Assembly (NCBI GenBank): GCA_049513715.1
Contig: JBEKVV010000001.1
Coordinates: forward strand, 288,001-352,000
DNA length: 64,000 bases
From: Candidatus Bathyarchaeia archaeon
Lineage (GTDB): Archaea > Thermoproteota > Bathyarchaeia > 40CM-2-53-6
Reading direction: 5' to 3'
Numbering within the stretch: the first letter of the stretch is position 1; each line of letters begins with the position of its first letter. Positions 51,040-60,435 of this stretch are shown here, piece by piece. The position numbers were made by a program, and so were the translations under genes. The notes under the pieces are model-generated. The model was not told the DNA's origin. It worked only from the letters and a program-made list of their open reading frames with translations, and did no database searches.

Positions 51040-51830
51040 GTAAGGCTGATCGGTTGTCACTGTGGTCAGCATATAACACAACACTCCTGATCGCGATTGT
51101 GATTTCAATTGTGTACTTTTTCAATCAGTCAAACAGGATCCTGCTGACCTTTTCAATCGCCTTGTCTCCGACGGTTGTCTTCGGTGCACTGGTCATGGCG
51201 ATCTTGACCGTGATTCAGGTTGGTCTTAGGAGAGATGATAGGCTCACGGTTGTCTGGTTCAGTTTCATGCTGGCTCTGTTTCTCTGGTTTCTCTCAGAAG
51301 TGATCTTCTATTGGTACCCACTTGCGGTCGGCATAACGCCTCCATACCCATCGCTTGCAGATGCGTTTGACCTTGCTGCCTATCTACCGCTCATGGTTGG
51401 GCTGTTAATGCAAATATGGCCTTTCAGAGCGGAGGCTGTCGCGGAATGGAAAACGAGAGCAGTTATCGTAGTTGTAGTAATCGTCTCCGTGGTTGGACTT
51501 TGGCTTTTACTACCCCCCATATTCCGGGAAGGGCATGATCTTTCAGGAGCGTTTGTGAGTTTGGCTTATCCCATCCTTGATGTTATAGCACTGTCAATAG
51601 CCCTTTCGAGTTTGATGATTTTCGCGAGGGGCACTTTTTGGAGGCCGTACATATTTCTCATCATAGGCCTTGTGCTCGCATGCGCAGCCGACATCTATTC
51701 AGGATTTGTCAATCTTTCGGGAACATATTACTCGGGCCATCCCTTGGAACTGATTTTCGATTTCGCGTTTCTCTCCGTAGCACTGGGCTTCTATCTGAGA
51801 AGAAAACAGTACTTAACTAAACTACTGTAA
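50997..51830 (+). CDS. Multi-TM sensor-like membrane protein
   Basis: PYPSLADAFDL, LAYPILD and ADI motifs typical of membrane sensor modules; no cytoplasmic output domain. Confidence 0.65.
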   Translation: MGWPDAQFEWESSLSKADRLSLWSAYNTTLLIAIVISIVYFFNQSNRILLTFSIALSPTVVFGALVMAILTVIQVGLRRDDRLTVVWFSFMLALFLWFLSEVIFYWYPLAVGITPPYPSLADAFDLAAYLPLMVGLLMQIWPFRAEAVAEWKTRAVIVVVVIVSVVGLWLLLPPIFREGHDLSGAFVSLAYPILDVIALSIALSSLMIFARGTFWRPYIFLIIGLVLACAADIYSGFVNLSGTYYSGHPLELIFDFAFLSVALGFYLRRKQYLTKLL

Positions 51831-52141
51831 CCAATTCTCTAGACGACATCCAAAGAGAGCTGAAATATGCGAAGCATGATAAATCCACGGAGCCGGAGTC
51901 AACAATCCATAGTTTACCTAGCTGGTCAAAACTCAAGGCGACATGTCCATCCGTAGTGCTGGTCGTAATCTAGGATTCTTGGTGATGTCGGTGGGATTTG
52001 TACCCACCACTATCGTGGGTGCAGTGCAGACACCCTCTGGTTTGGCTAGAAACGTTTCAACCTCGAAGGAATGTTTTCCGGAAAGGCGTAATCCGCTGTT
52101 CTCCCGTCACCTTGTCCGCGTGCTCCGCCCGGATGGTGGGT

Positions 52142-52373
52142 TGGTGCGGGGAGTGGGACATTCGCCACACCACTGGGTTCGTCCGAAACGCCAGTGGGTT
52201 GGATTCGAACCCACGAAGGCCTACGCCACGGGATAGCTCACCCGCGCGCGAAGCCTCACGGCCTTTTACGCGAATCTTGAGTGTAGCGCGCGTGGCCAAG
52301 CGTAGGCATAACGCATGCCGCACGCAAACGCAGCACGCGACCCGCCCATTTGACCTGGCTCTGGTATCCCCGC
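52142..52373 (-). tRNA. tRNA-Leu(CAA) with three introns: 30/31 (52283-52340), 37/38 (52235-52275), 59/60 (52159-52203)
   Basis: Spliced 88-nt product GCGGGGA...CGGGA-CT-CAA-GA-TCCCG-long variable arm-GTGGG-TTCGAAT-CCCAC-TCCCCGC-ACCA; three BHBs with helices GGCG/CGCT, CTCA/TGAG and TTCG/CGAA. Confidence 0.92.
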
Positions 52374-52495
52374 ACCTCAGGCCCTAGAGCGAAGAATCAA
52401 CAAATAAGCCCTGTCCCTTTTCTTACCGCTAAGACTCGGCATTTCATAGGTGAGCAAATATAGCCGACAAACGCTCGTAATTCGTTAGATTAGAG

Positions 52496-52855
52496 TTGCC
52501 AGTCTCGCGCAGATTCGAAACCTACTTAGTCGGCTCGGTCATGCTGTTGCTAGGCCTTATCCTGGTTTCGTACTTGGCCGGCTTTGTTGCGGGCAACCAG
52601 ACCCCTGCTCTTTTCCTGATTGGGGTTGGAGTGATCTTCTCAATCATGGCTGTTATGAAAACGAAAGTTCGCGGGTCGTATGAGATGTCGCCGAGAACAA
52701 CTCTGGCTTACGGTGCATTAGCGCTCGTAATCGGTGTTCTTTGGGTTTCAGTGTCCGCTCAGGCGGTGTTGGCTGGTTACGCCTTAGCGGCAATGCTGGT
52801 TTTCTTTGGGCTGGTCTTCTTGGCCTATACTCGGTTTAAGCGACCTTCAACTTAG
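52496..52855 (+). CDS. Small 4-TM membrane protein
   Basis: Hydropathy pattern. Confidence 0.65.
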   Translation: MPVSRRFETYLVGSVMLLLGLILVSYLAGFVAGNQTPALFLIGVGVIFSIMAVMKTKVRGSYEMSPRTTLAYGALALVIGVLWVSVSAQAVLAGYALAAMLVFFGLVFLAYTRFKRPST

Positions 52856-53836
52856 TTTTGTGCCGCAGCTTTGGCAGAAGCTGGCGTTGGTTGGGACGAC
52901 GGCGTTGCACTTGGTGCATTTTCTGACTGGGACATTGCTCGGTTGAGTTTCGCCTCCGCCTATGGTTTGGCCGCAGTTAGGGCAGAACTTCGACGTTGAA
53001 GGAATATGAGCCTGGCAGCTGGGGCAGATGATCAGGGCCACTGACATTCCTGCACCAGTCGGCGTTGTTTGGAACAGTGGTGGAATCATGACCATGCCGG
53101 CGCCGAAGGCGGCGCCCCCACCCTGAGATTTTCCGAGCTCAGTCGCTGCCTGCCTCACCGTCTCCATGCGAATCACTTCATCTCCTGAGACGCGTCCTGA
53201 CTTGAGCCAGAAGAGGCGGTCACGGAATTCGGGTGTGGTGTCGATGCCCTCGAACTTGAGGTCGACCATTTGAACTCCAATGCGCTTGAAGTAGTCGATG
53301 AGGCTTGCCTTAACTTCGTTCGATGTATCATCCAGTTTCGTGAACACGGTTTGCAAGTCATATTTCGAGAGGACGTCGATCATTTTCTCGTTGATGAAGC
53401 CTCTGAGGAAATTGTTGACGTCAGCGGTCGAGTACGCGTTCTGGCCGCCAACGACCTCATTCACGAATAGAGTCGTGTCTTCAACTTTGAACCAGAAGGA
53501 CCCGAAGGTTAGAAGTGGCGCCAGTTCGGTTGTTTGAGCACGGTTACCAAACTTGCCATTGAATTGTTTGGTGGAAATGAAAATAACGTTGGCCTTGAAT
53601 GGTGTCTTATCGAAACCGGCTATCCGGGAGATTACTGTTGTTATCCGGGGAAGGTTTAGGGTGGTGATGGTGTGGCGGCCGGGTCCGAAGGTGTCGTACG
53701 CTTTCCCGTCTCTGAAGAATACTGCCGCCTCGTATTCATGAACGAACAGTTGGGAGCCCCAGATGACGTCTTCTACTGGGTAGCGCCAGACAATGTCATC
53801 GGCGCCTGCTGAAACCCATTCTATGATCTGTGGCAT
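52847..53836 (-). CDS. SPFH/band-7 (YdjI-like) protein with C-terminal double zinc ribbons
   Basis: GSQLFVHEYEAAVFFRDGK...GPGRHT; CPSC..CPNCG and CTKC..CQSCG. Confidence 0.88.
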   Translation of the reverse strand: MPQIIEWVSAGADDIVWRYPVEDVIWGSQLFVHEYEAAVFFRDGKAYDTFGPGRHTITTLNLPRITTVISRIAGFDKTPFKANVIFISTKQFNGKFGNRAQTTELAPLLTFGSFWFKVEDTTLFVNEVVGGQNAYSTADVNNFLRGFINEKMIDVLSKYDLQTVFTKLDDTSNEVKASLIDYFKRIGVQMVDLKFEGIDTTPEFRDRLFWLKSGRVSGDEVIRMETVRQAATELGKSQGGGAAFGAGMVMIPPLFQTTPTGAGMSVALIICPSCQAHIPSTSKFCPNCGQTIGGGETQPSNVPVRKCTKCNAVVPTNASFCQSCGTKLS

Positions 53837-53841
53837 GCTTT

Positions 53842-54378
53842 CTAGACCTTTACTCCTTCAATTACCGTTTTACGTTGATCGAAAGCGAGCTCAAGGCTAT
53901 GGAGGGAGCTCTCCAGGGCTTTCTCGGAGTTGCGGGCGTTATCCAATTTGCTCTGGTCCAGGTCACTTTTGAATGAGGCGGTTGCTTCGGAGAACTTGCG
54001 CGCGGAATCCATCAGCTGCGTATCATAATCGAGCATGCGGTCCAATTCGGGCTCTTCAATCTTGATGGCGTCAAAGAACCCACTGTAACCATACGCCCCG
54101 TGGTTGATTTTCTCTGCGACTCGGTCCAATTGTGCCGTAAGCCGATTCATGGGTTCCAGCAGCTCGGTCGCCTTCGCGTCGGAGAGGGCTTGGAAGCAAC
54201 TGGTGAGGTCGTCTTTTGCGTGTTCAAGCACGTTGTAAATGTAGTCTCTGACTATTTTGTCGGCTTCACGCCTCTGTTCTCGCTGTTTGTAGCCGCGAAA
54301 GCCAGGCAGAATCAACATTAACCTTTCGAGAAGCTTCTCGTTTTCCTTGATGCGTTCTAACGGGGGCCTAGCAGACAT
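53842..54378 (-). CDS. Conserved alpha-helical hypothetical protein
   Basis: LPGFRGYKQREQRREADK, YGYSGFFDAIKI; 5 bp upstream of the SPFH gene. Confidence 0.75.
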   Translation of the reverse strand: MSARPPLERIKENEKLLERLMLILPGFRGYKQREQRREADKIVRDYIYNVLEHAKDDLTSCFQALSDAKATELLEPMNRLTAQLDRVAEKINHGAYGYSGFFDAIKIEEPELDRMLDYDTQLMDSARKFSEATASFKSDLDQSKLDNARNSEKALESSLHSLELAFDQRKTVIEGVKV

Positions 54379-54784
54379 GGTCGTTGACTCGTTGGAGAGT
54401 TTGGTGCTTGCGCTTTTAGGGGTTGTGAATTTGGTCCTGGGTTAGTGGGGGAGAACGTTAGGGGCTGCGGCTGGTTTGAAGTCCATTTCATAACACTCCC
54501 GGGTGTTGTCTTGCCTCGGTCATCTGGCACACAGCGTAACACAACTGAAAATGCCAACTGCAGAACAGGGGTATTCGTATGGAGGCCCAATAGTGTCCCT
54601 CAGTATTATCAGCTCGCTAACTCGCAGACCGGCTGCGGCGTGGCGCTGTTTCCTGTAATTTCAACCGTGAAGTGTGCCTCAAACTCAGCGAGTCGTCTGC
54701 GTCGGAAACAGCCACGACTCAGCGAATGAACTCGTTCACACTTTTCTTGCAAGCAACCTAAACCAACCCCAAACCCACAACCCG

Positions 54785-55549
54785 CTATAGTAACTTGAAA
54801 TCCACACTTGGCAGGTCGCCTTTGATTACTTCACCAGACGACCCATCCAACAGAACCTGGTACCTAGACTTCTTGTACTCGTAGCTCACGAACCAGACCG
54901 GGGCATGCAAGTACACCGCCTCGGACACTTTCAACTCCGCCTTCAAGTCTATGATCCGGTCAACCTTATCCTTAGCAAGTTGCTCGTGCAACCTCTCAAT
55001 CTCACTCTTCGCCTGGCTAACCGCCTCGTCAGCGGTCATCTCACTGTTCAAAGTCTTCGCACCGCCCTCGATCTTTGTGGCCTCGAATGGAATTTTTCCA
55101 TTCAGGGAGAGGTGATAGGCTCGGGTTGGAAAATCCGTCTGCTTCCGCGCCAAGACCAACCAATCATACGTGTCGGCAATGTCCCCCTCCTGCTCAGTTG
55201 CGGGAGAAATGCGCTCAAAGATACCCTTGTAATGCGAAGTGGCCTCCCCGCTCACCACCCAGAAAGGAAGGTACACCAAGTTCTGCTCAGCAATGGTGGA
55301 TTTCTTCATGAGGTCCTTTGGCGCGATGAAGCTGTTCCCCATCCAACTGTGAACCGCGCCCACAACCTGCGGCGCCTGCACCATGTTCAGGATCAGCGAA
55401 TGCTCAAACTCGAAGGGTTTCCCGGTCTCGATGACACTAGTGAACCCACAGTAATGGCAGGTGGCTAGGATTTCACCGGGCTGAACCTGGAGGGGAGCTC
55501 CACAGTGCGAGCAGTTGATCTCACGGGCGATTTGAACCAAAGGGCTCAC
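54785..55549 (-). CDS. Zn-ribbon protein (YdjG-like)
   Basis: CSHCGA...CHYCG, YLPFW, PVWFVSY...LLDGSSGEV. Confidence 0.75.
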   Translation of the reverse strand: MSPLVQIAREINCSHCGAPLQVQPGEILATCHYCGFTSVIETGKPFEFEHSLILNMVQAPQVVGAVHSWMGNSFIAPKDLMKKSTIAEQNLVYLPFWVVSGEATSHYKGIFERISPATEQEGDIADTYDWLVLARKQTDFPTRAYHLSLNGKIPFEATKIEGGAKTLNSEMTADEAVSQAKSEIERLHEQLAKDKVDRIIDLKAELKVSEAVYLHAPVWFVSYEYKKSRYQVLLDGSSGEVIKGDLPSVDFKLL

Positions 55550-55619
55550 ACAGCTGCTTAGCTAGGCTTAATGCGCTCAACGCTTTAAGCCATAAGACTC
55601 CTCGGCAGTTGAATTCAGA

Positions 55620-56675
55620 ATGGCGAACATAAGTAAACTCAAGGGCACAATGCTCACCACGATTCTGCTCACGCTCTTCATCTTCTTCGCATTCATCGCG
55701 GTAGTTTCCTTCTTCTTCAGTTATGCAACGAGCCTGGAACTGTCACCGGCAGCTATCCTGACAGGCGCGCTCGTTCTAGCCTTGTTCTTTATGCTGATTC
55801 AGTTTGCGATTAGCCCGTACATTGTGAGAGCCTCGACGCACCTTCGGTACTTGCAGGCTGGGGAAAATCCTTGGCTAGAGGGCGTTGTCGCCAAGCTTGC
55901 TCAGGCCGCTGGTGTGAAGCCGCCGAGGCTGGCCTTGGTGCCCGATTCGACCCCCAACGCTTTCGTATTCGGGAACTCGTCAAACAACATGACGTTGGCT
56001 GTGAACCAAGGACTGTTGTCCCAACTGAACGAGGATGAGATTCAAGGGGTCATTGGCCACGAGCTGGGGCACGTACGCCACAAGGACTCCATCGTCATGA
56101 CCTTCCTATCCGCCATCCCACTAATCGCTTATGTGATCGTTCGAATGGCGTTTGGTTTCAGTGTTTACGGCAATCGCAATAAGCGTGACAATGGAGCCGG
56201 GTACCTTATTCTTGCGGGAGTGCTCGCGCTGGCTGTCTATTTCATTTCACAGCTCCTGGTAATGCGTCTGAGCAGGCTTCGCGAGCATTTCGCTGACGTT
56301 TTCTCAGCCTACCTCACGGGTGCGCCAAAGAATTTGGAGAGCGCATTGACCCGAATAACGTATGGGCTTTCTTTGAGCAACCAAGAGTCCCACGGTGCCC
56401 GTGCGTTGTACATTTCAGACCCAGCCTTGGCTAAGGATGAGGTTCGGCAAATTATGCAGAACAAGAACCAGTACGACTTGGACCATAACGGTGTTCTCGA
56501 CGAGCATGAGCTTGAGCTGGCTATGCAGCAGGAGGCCAAATCGAGGTGGGGCTCAGTGAACGAGGCCTTCTCAACCCATCCGCCCACGTACAAACGCATC
56601 CTACTCCTCCGGCAGATTGAACAGGACATTTCAAGCCGGGGGATACAGAGCCAGAACATCTACGCCAAGATCTAA
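55620..56675 (+). CDS. htpX: HtpX-family membrane zinc protease (M48)
   Basis: PNAFVFG, GHELGH, SRLREHFAD, STHPP. Confidence 0.9.
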   Translation: MANISKLKGTMLTTILLTLFIFFAFIAVVSFFFSYATSLELSPAAILTGALVLALFFMLIQFAISPYIVRASTHLRYLQAGENPWLEGVVAKLAQAAGVKPPRLALVPDSTPNAFVFGNSSNNMTLAVNQGLLSQLNEDEIQGVIGHELGHVRHKDSIVMTFLSAIPLIAYVIVRMAFGFSVYGNRNKRDNGAGYLILAGVLALAVYFISQLLVMRLSRLREHFADVFSAYLTGAPKNLESALTRITYGLSLSNQESHGARALYISDPALAKDEVRQIMQNKNQYDLDHNGVLDEHELELAMQQEAKSRWGSVNEAFSTHPPTYKRILLLRQIEQDISSRGIQSQNIYAKI

Positions 56676-56795
56676 TCAGCCGCAGGCCCCTGAGACGCTA
56701 GTGAGCACGTGACTCGCATGTCGGGCACAGTTCCAGGTCTTCACTGCGATCACGTTTGGCGTCGGCTGTAATACGATCGTTAGGGGATTGGAACC

Positions 56796-56942
56796 GTGAA
56801 CAAAGAATGGCATGAGAAGAACCAGATGCCCAAGAATCCAACATTGGAGCAGAGGATGAAGTGGCACGTGGAGCATCAGAAGCGCTGCGGTTGCAGACCC
56901 ATCCCAACGGCCCTACTGAAGCAAATGAAGAAAAACCAATAA
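56796..56942 (+). CDS. Small His/Cys-containing protein, 48 aa (not in ORF track)
   Basis: GTG start; MNKEWHEKNQMPKNPTLEQRMKWHVEHQKRCGCRPIPTALLKQMKKNQ. Confidence 0.65.
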   Translation: MNKEWHEKNQMPKNPTLEQRMKWHVEHQKRCGCRPIPTALLKQMKKNQ

Positions 56943-56990
56943 CTGCAGGGAAACAAGGGACCATCCATCAACCCATGGTGACGGCTCTCC

Positions 56991-57272
56991 TTGAAACTAG
57001 CAGGAAACCAAATCCGATCCGAACTTTCAAGAACCAGCGGCTGGCTGTTACGGGGCAAGCGAATATTGAGGCTGTTCGTCTTCGACGACTTCATGGGTGT
57101 AATCAGGTTTTTGAACCGCGTGTCTCGAGTTGCGGAAGCGATGAATCACCATCCGGACATCGCCATCAACTACAACAAAATCAAGCTGAGTCTAACGACT
57201 CATGACGAGGGCGGCTTGACCATTAAGGACTTCAGGCTTGCCCGCAAGATCAACTCAATGAAACATGCTTGA
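56991..57272 (+). CDS. Pterin-4-alpha-carbinolamine dehydratase
   Basis: AEAMNHHPDI, LTTHDEGGLT.KDF. Confidence 0.93.
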   Translation: MKLAGNQIRSELSRTSGWLLRGKRILRLFVFDDFMGVIRFLNRVSRVAEAMNHHPDIAINYNKIKLSLTTHDEGGLTIKDFRLARKINSMKHA

Positions 57273-57440
57273 GAAACGACTAATACGATAATGGGATACA
57301 AAACTACCCTACAGCCCCCCACCCCACACCTAACAATAATAGATCCATGGAAGGATCTGACTGAGCTACGGGCAGCTAACTGACATTAATCCAAAACTAA
57401 ATCGTCACGTGCTACGGAACTTCGGTTTCGCCGAGTTCTA

Positions 57441-57749
57441 TTACAGAAGTTCGATTTCGATGAACACCTTTTCAGGTGTTTGAATGCGCATCAAGCGTTT
57501 CAGAAAACGTTCGTTCGGGTCCACGTCAATCAAGCGTTTATGGATTCGCATTTCCCAGCTGTCCCAGGTATGTGTTCCTTCGCCGCATGGGCTTTTGCGG
57601 GTTGGAACCCAAAGCCTCTTGGTTGGAAGTGGGATTGGGCCGCGGAGTTTCACGCCGGTCCTCTCAGCGATCTTCATGATCTCGCTGCAAATGCTGTTCA
57701 AGCCTTGTTGGTCTGTGCTTGACAGCCGAATTCTTGCTTTATTCACCAA
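57441..57749 (-). CDS. rpsJ: 30S ribosomal protein S10 (uS10)
   Basis: [27 protein letters not shown]. Confidence 0.97.
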   Translation of the reverse strand: MVNKARIRLSSTDQQGLNSICSEIMKIAERTGVKLRGPIPLPTKRLWVPTRKSPCGEGTHTWDSWEMRIHKRLIDVDPNERFLKRLMRIQTPEKVFIEIELL

Positions 57750-57866
57750 GAGCTTTTTCCTTCCGTCGGGGTGTGAGACCAACCCCCTAGGCCAGTGGGG
57801 CGTTTAAAAAGCGTTCGCTGGGTGAAAGTGGTTTGGAAAAGGAAGTTTGATGGTTGAGAAAAGCGC

Positions 57867-59192
57867 TTACGCTTTCTTCTCGGCCATCTCAGCTTTCTGA
57901 GTAATCTGCTTGACTACGCCGACCGCGATCGTGCTGCCCATGTCGCGAATTGCAAAGCGTCCTAGTTGAGGAATCTCAGAGTACGCCTCGATAGCCAACG
58001 GGCGGAGCGGTTTGATCTTGACTAGTGCTGCGTCTCCTGTCTTGAGGAAGTCCGGTTTCTCTTCTGTGACTTGGCCTGAGCGGGCGTCAATCTTCTGCAG
58101 TATCTCTGTGAATGTTGCTGAGGTTGTCGCTGTGTGAGCGTGCATCACCGGAGTGTATCCGGCTGCGATGGCGGTTGGGTGGAAGACTACGATGATTTGG
58201 CCGATGAACTCGGTCGCCACGGTTGGCGGCTTGTCGGGGTGGCCAGCAACGTCCCCGCGGTGCACGTCGGTCTTGCCGACGCCTCTCACGTTGAATCCAA
58301 TGTTATCGCCTGGGAGAGCCTGTGGAATCTTCGTGTGATGAGTTTCGATGTCCTTGCATTCGCCCCTCGCGTTGGCAGGCATGAAGACGAGGTTATCTCC
58401 AACCTTCAGGGTGCCAGTCTCGACTCTGCCGACTGGTACGGTTCCGATGCCCGTGATTGAGTAAACGTCCTGCACGGGTATTCGGAGGGGTTTGTCCGTT
58501 GGCTTAGGTGGTTCTGTGAATGTGTTCAGTGTCTCGATTAGGGTTGGACCTTTGTACCAAGGCATCTTGGGAGATGGCTTGACTAGGTTATCCCCAATCC
58601 ATCCAGAAACAGGGACGAACTGGATCTTTGAAGTGTCATACCCGACGACTTTCAAGAGCGCCTCCATTTCCTTCCTGCATTCCTTGTACCGTTCCTCGCC
58701 ATAGTTTACGGTCTGGTCGTCCATCTTGTTGATTGCAACGGCAAGCTGCGCAACTCCGAGTGTTCTGGCTAGGTAGGCGTGTTCTCGACTTTGGCCGCCT
58801 GGCCCAACGCCGACCTCGAACTCCCCCTTCTTACCCGAAACAACTAGGATTGCTGCGTCGGCTTGGCTTGTGCCCGTAATCATGTTCTTGATGAAGTCAC
58901 GGTGGCCTGGGGCGTCGATAATGGTGAAGAACAGCTTGTCCGTCTCGAACTTCTCAAACCTAAGGTCAATCGTGACACCACGTTCCCTTTCCTCCTTGAG
59001 TGTGTCGAGAACCCAAGCGAACTTGAAAGTCTCACCAGCGCCAAGCTTGGCGGACTCATCAGCATACTTCGCAATAGTTTTCTCGTCCACGTTCCCCGTG
59101 TCGAAGAGCAAATGCCCAGTCATGGTGCTCTTTCCGTGGTCGACGTGGCCAATGATGATAAGGTTCAAGTGCGGTTTCTTAGAGGATGACAT
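57867..59192 (-). CDS. tuf: Elongation factor 1-alpha
   Basis: [36 protein letters not shown]. Confidence 0.99.
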   Translation of the reverse strand: MSSSKKPHLNLIIIGHVDHGKSTMTGHLLFDTGNVDEKTIAKYADESAKLGAGETFKFAWVLDTLKEERERGVTIDLRFEKFETDKLFFTIIDAPGHRDFIKNMITGTSQADAAILVVSGKKGEFEVGVGPGGQSREHAYLARTLGVAQLAVAINKMDDQTVNYGEERYKECRKEMEALLKVVGYDTSKIQFVPVSGWIGDNLVKPSPKMPWYKGPTLIETLNTFTEPPKPTDKPLRIPVQDVYSITGIGTVPVGRVETGTLKVGDNLVFMPANARGECKDIETHHTKIPQALPGDNIGFNVRGVGKTDVHRGDVAGHPDKPPTVATEFIGQIIVVFHPTAIAAGYTPVMHAHTATTSATFTEILQKIDARSGQVTEEKPDFLKTGDAALVKIKPLRPLAIEAYSEIPQLGRFAIRDMGSTIAVGVVKQITQKAEMAEKKA

Positions 59193-59305
59193 GCATCATC
59201 TTTCCAGAGTTTAATTTACAATTCGTAGTGAAGATTGGCACCCAATATTTAAGGGTTAGAACGAGAACTGCAAGAAAGTTGAGCCAGACAACATGCACGT
59301 TTAAT

Positions 59306-59884
59306 TTAGCGTGATGCTAGAGCGACGCGCTCCATTTCATCGCGTTTTCGAACAGCGAAACTTCTGTTGTCCCTTTGGGCCGCGTAAATGATCTCCTCCG
59401 CAAGGCATTCATCAATGGACCTCGGGTTACTGTAAGCCGATTGCCGGGCTCCGTCGGTCATGAAGCGTAGGGCAATGTCGATTCGCCGCATGGGCGCTAT
59501 GTCTATGGAGATCGGGTAGACGATGCCACCGTACGCTATCCTCGTCACATCTTCAGCCGGCGCAGTGTTCACTACGGCTTTGACCAATGACTCTACAGGG
59601 TTCTTTCCGGTCTTCAGGTTTACGATTTCTAAGGCGTTCTTGACGATCCCGATGGCCTTTGCCTTCTTTCCGCCCACTCTTCCAGGTCGCATCATATTGT
59701 TGACGAGCCGTTCGACGATGTTCAATGAAGCCTTGCGAAAGCGCTTGTGCTCGTGCCTACCCCCGCTATGGGGGTAAAGGATCGGCGTGACGCTCAAGTA
59801 ATTTCCTAGACCCGGGTCCGTAATCTCAATTCCATCAGTGCTCCATTTATCGAAGACCTTGATTTCGGGAGGTTTTCGGCTCAT
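59306..59884 (-). CDS. rpsG: 30S ribosomal protein S7 (uS7)
   Basis: PHSGGRH, IVERLVN, AVRKRDEMERVALASR. Confidence 0.97.
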   Translation of the reverse strand: MSRKPPEIKVFDKWSTDGIEITDPGLGNYLSVTPILYPHSGGRHEHKRFRKASLNIVERLVNNMMRPGRVGGKKAKAIGIVKNALEIVNLKTGKNPVESLVKAVVNTAPAEDVTRIAYGGIVYPISIDIAPMRRIDIALRFMTDGARQSAYSNPRSIDECLAEEIIYAAQRDNRSFAVRKRDEMERVALASR

Positions 59885-60045
59885 TGTAGCAAACCTATTC
59901 TGGATTTTTGTTAGGCTAAGGGATTCACTGTATTAAGCGTTAACTTCACCGGAGAATATCTACCCAACTATGCAATTCGATTCAGTTCGAATTTCACTGG
60001 GAACTCAGCGCTCGTTCTTGATTCGCTTACTACGCAACTATGGAT

Positions 60046-60371
60046 GGCGGTGGTAGCATCCCCAATGAATTGGCAGTCCTCGCCACCGCGGTTTCCTCAG
60101 AATCGTCTACACCCTGTGGTCCCATCAGCGCCTGGGCGCTCGCCTTACGACTGCTCTCTTCCGAGCCTCATCGGGTTCGACGATGAAGAGGTAAACCCTT
60201 CCCTTCAGAAGGGCTTCCTCCGACGCTGGCCCGGTGGGGCAGAGTATCATCGTTGACTCTGAAGGCCTACTGAGGTCCGGAGCTACCTCTTCCTCAGGTT
60301 AACGGGTCCCCGCGTATAGCCGATTTCGGGTCACAGGGAACGGCTGGCTCCCCGATCCTCCTACCACCGCC
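60046..60371 (-). ncRNA. ffs: Archaeal SRP (7S) RNA
   Basis: Complementary termini GGCGGTGGTAG/CTACCACCGCC, ~326 nt; helix-8 motif AGGCTCGGAAGAGAGCAG on the minus strand. Confidence 0.9.
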
Positions 60372-60435
60372 AAATCAATCTCAACATAATTCATCATATA
60401 AAGTCGGTACCGTGGGGCAATAGACCCCTTCGAAG

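Noticed and set aside
52159..52340. Box C/D guide RNA inside the tRNA-Leu introns
   Set aside because: No RUGAUGA or CUGA boxes in any of the three introns
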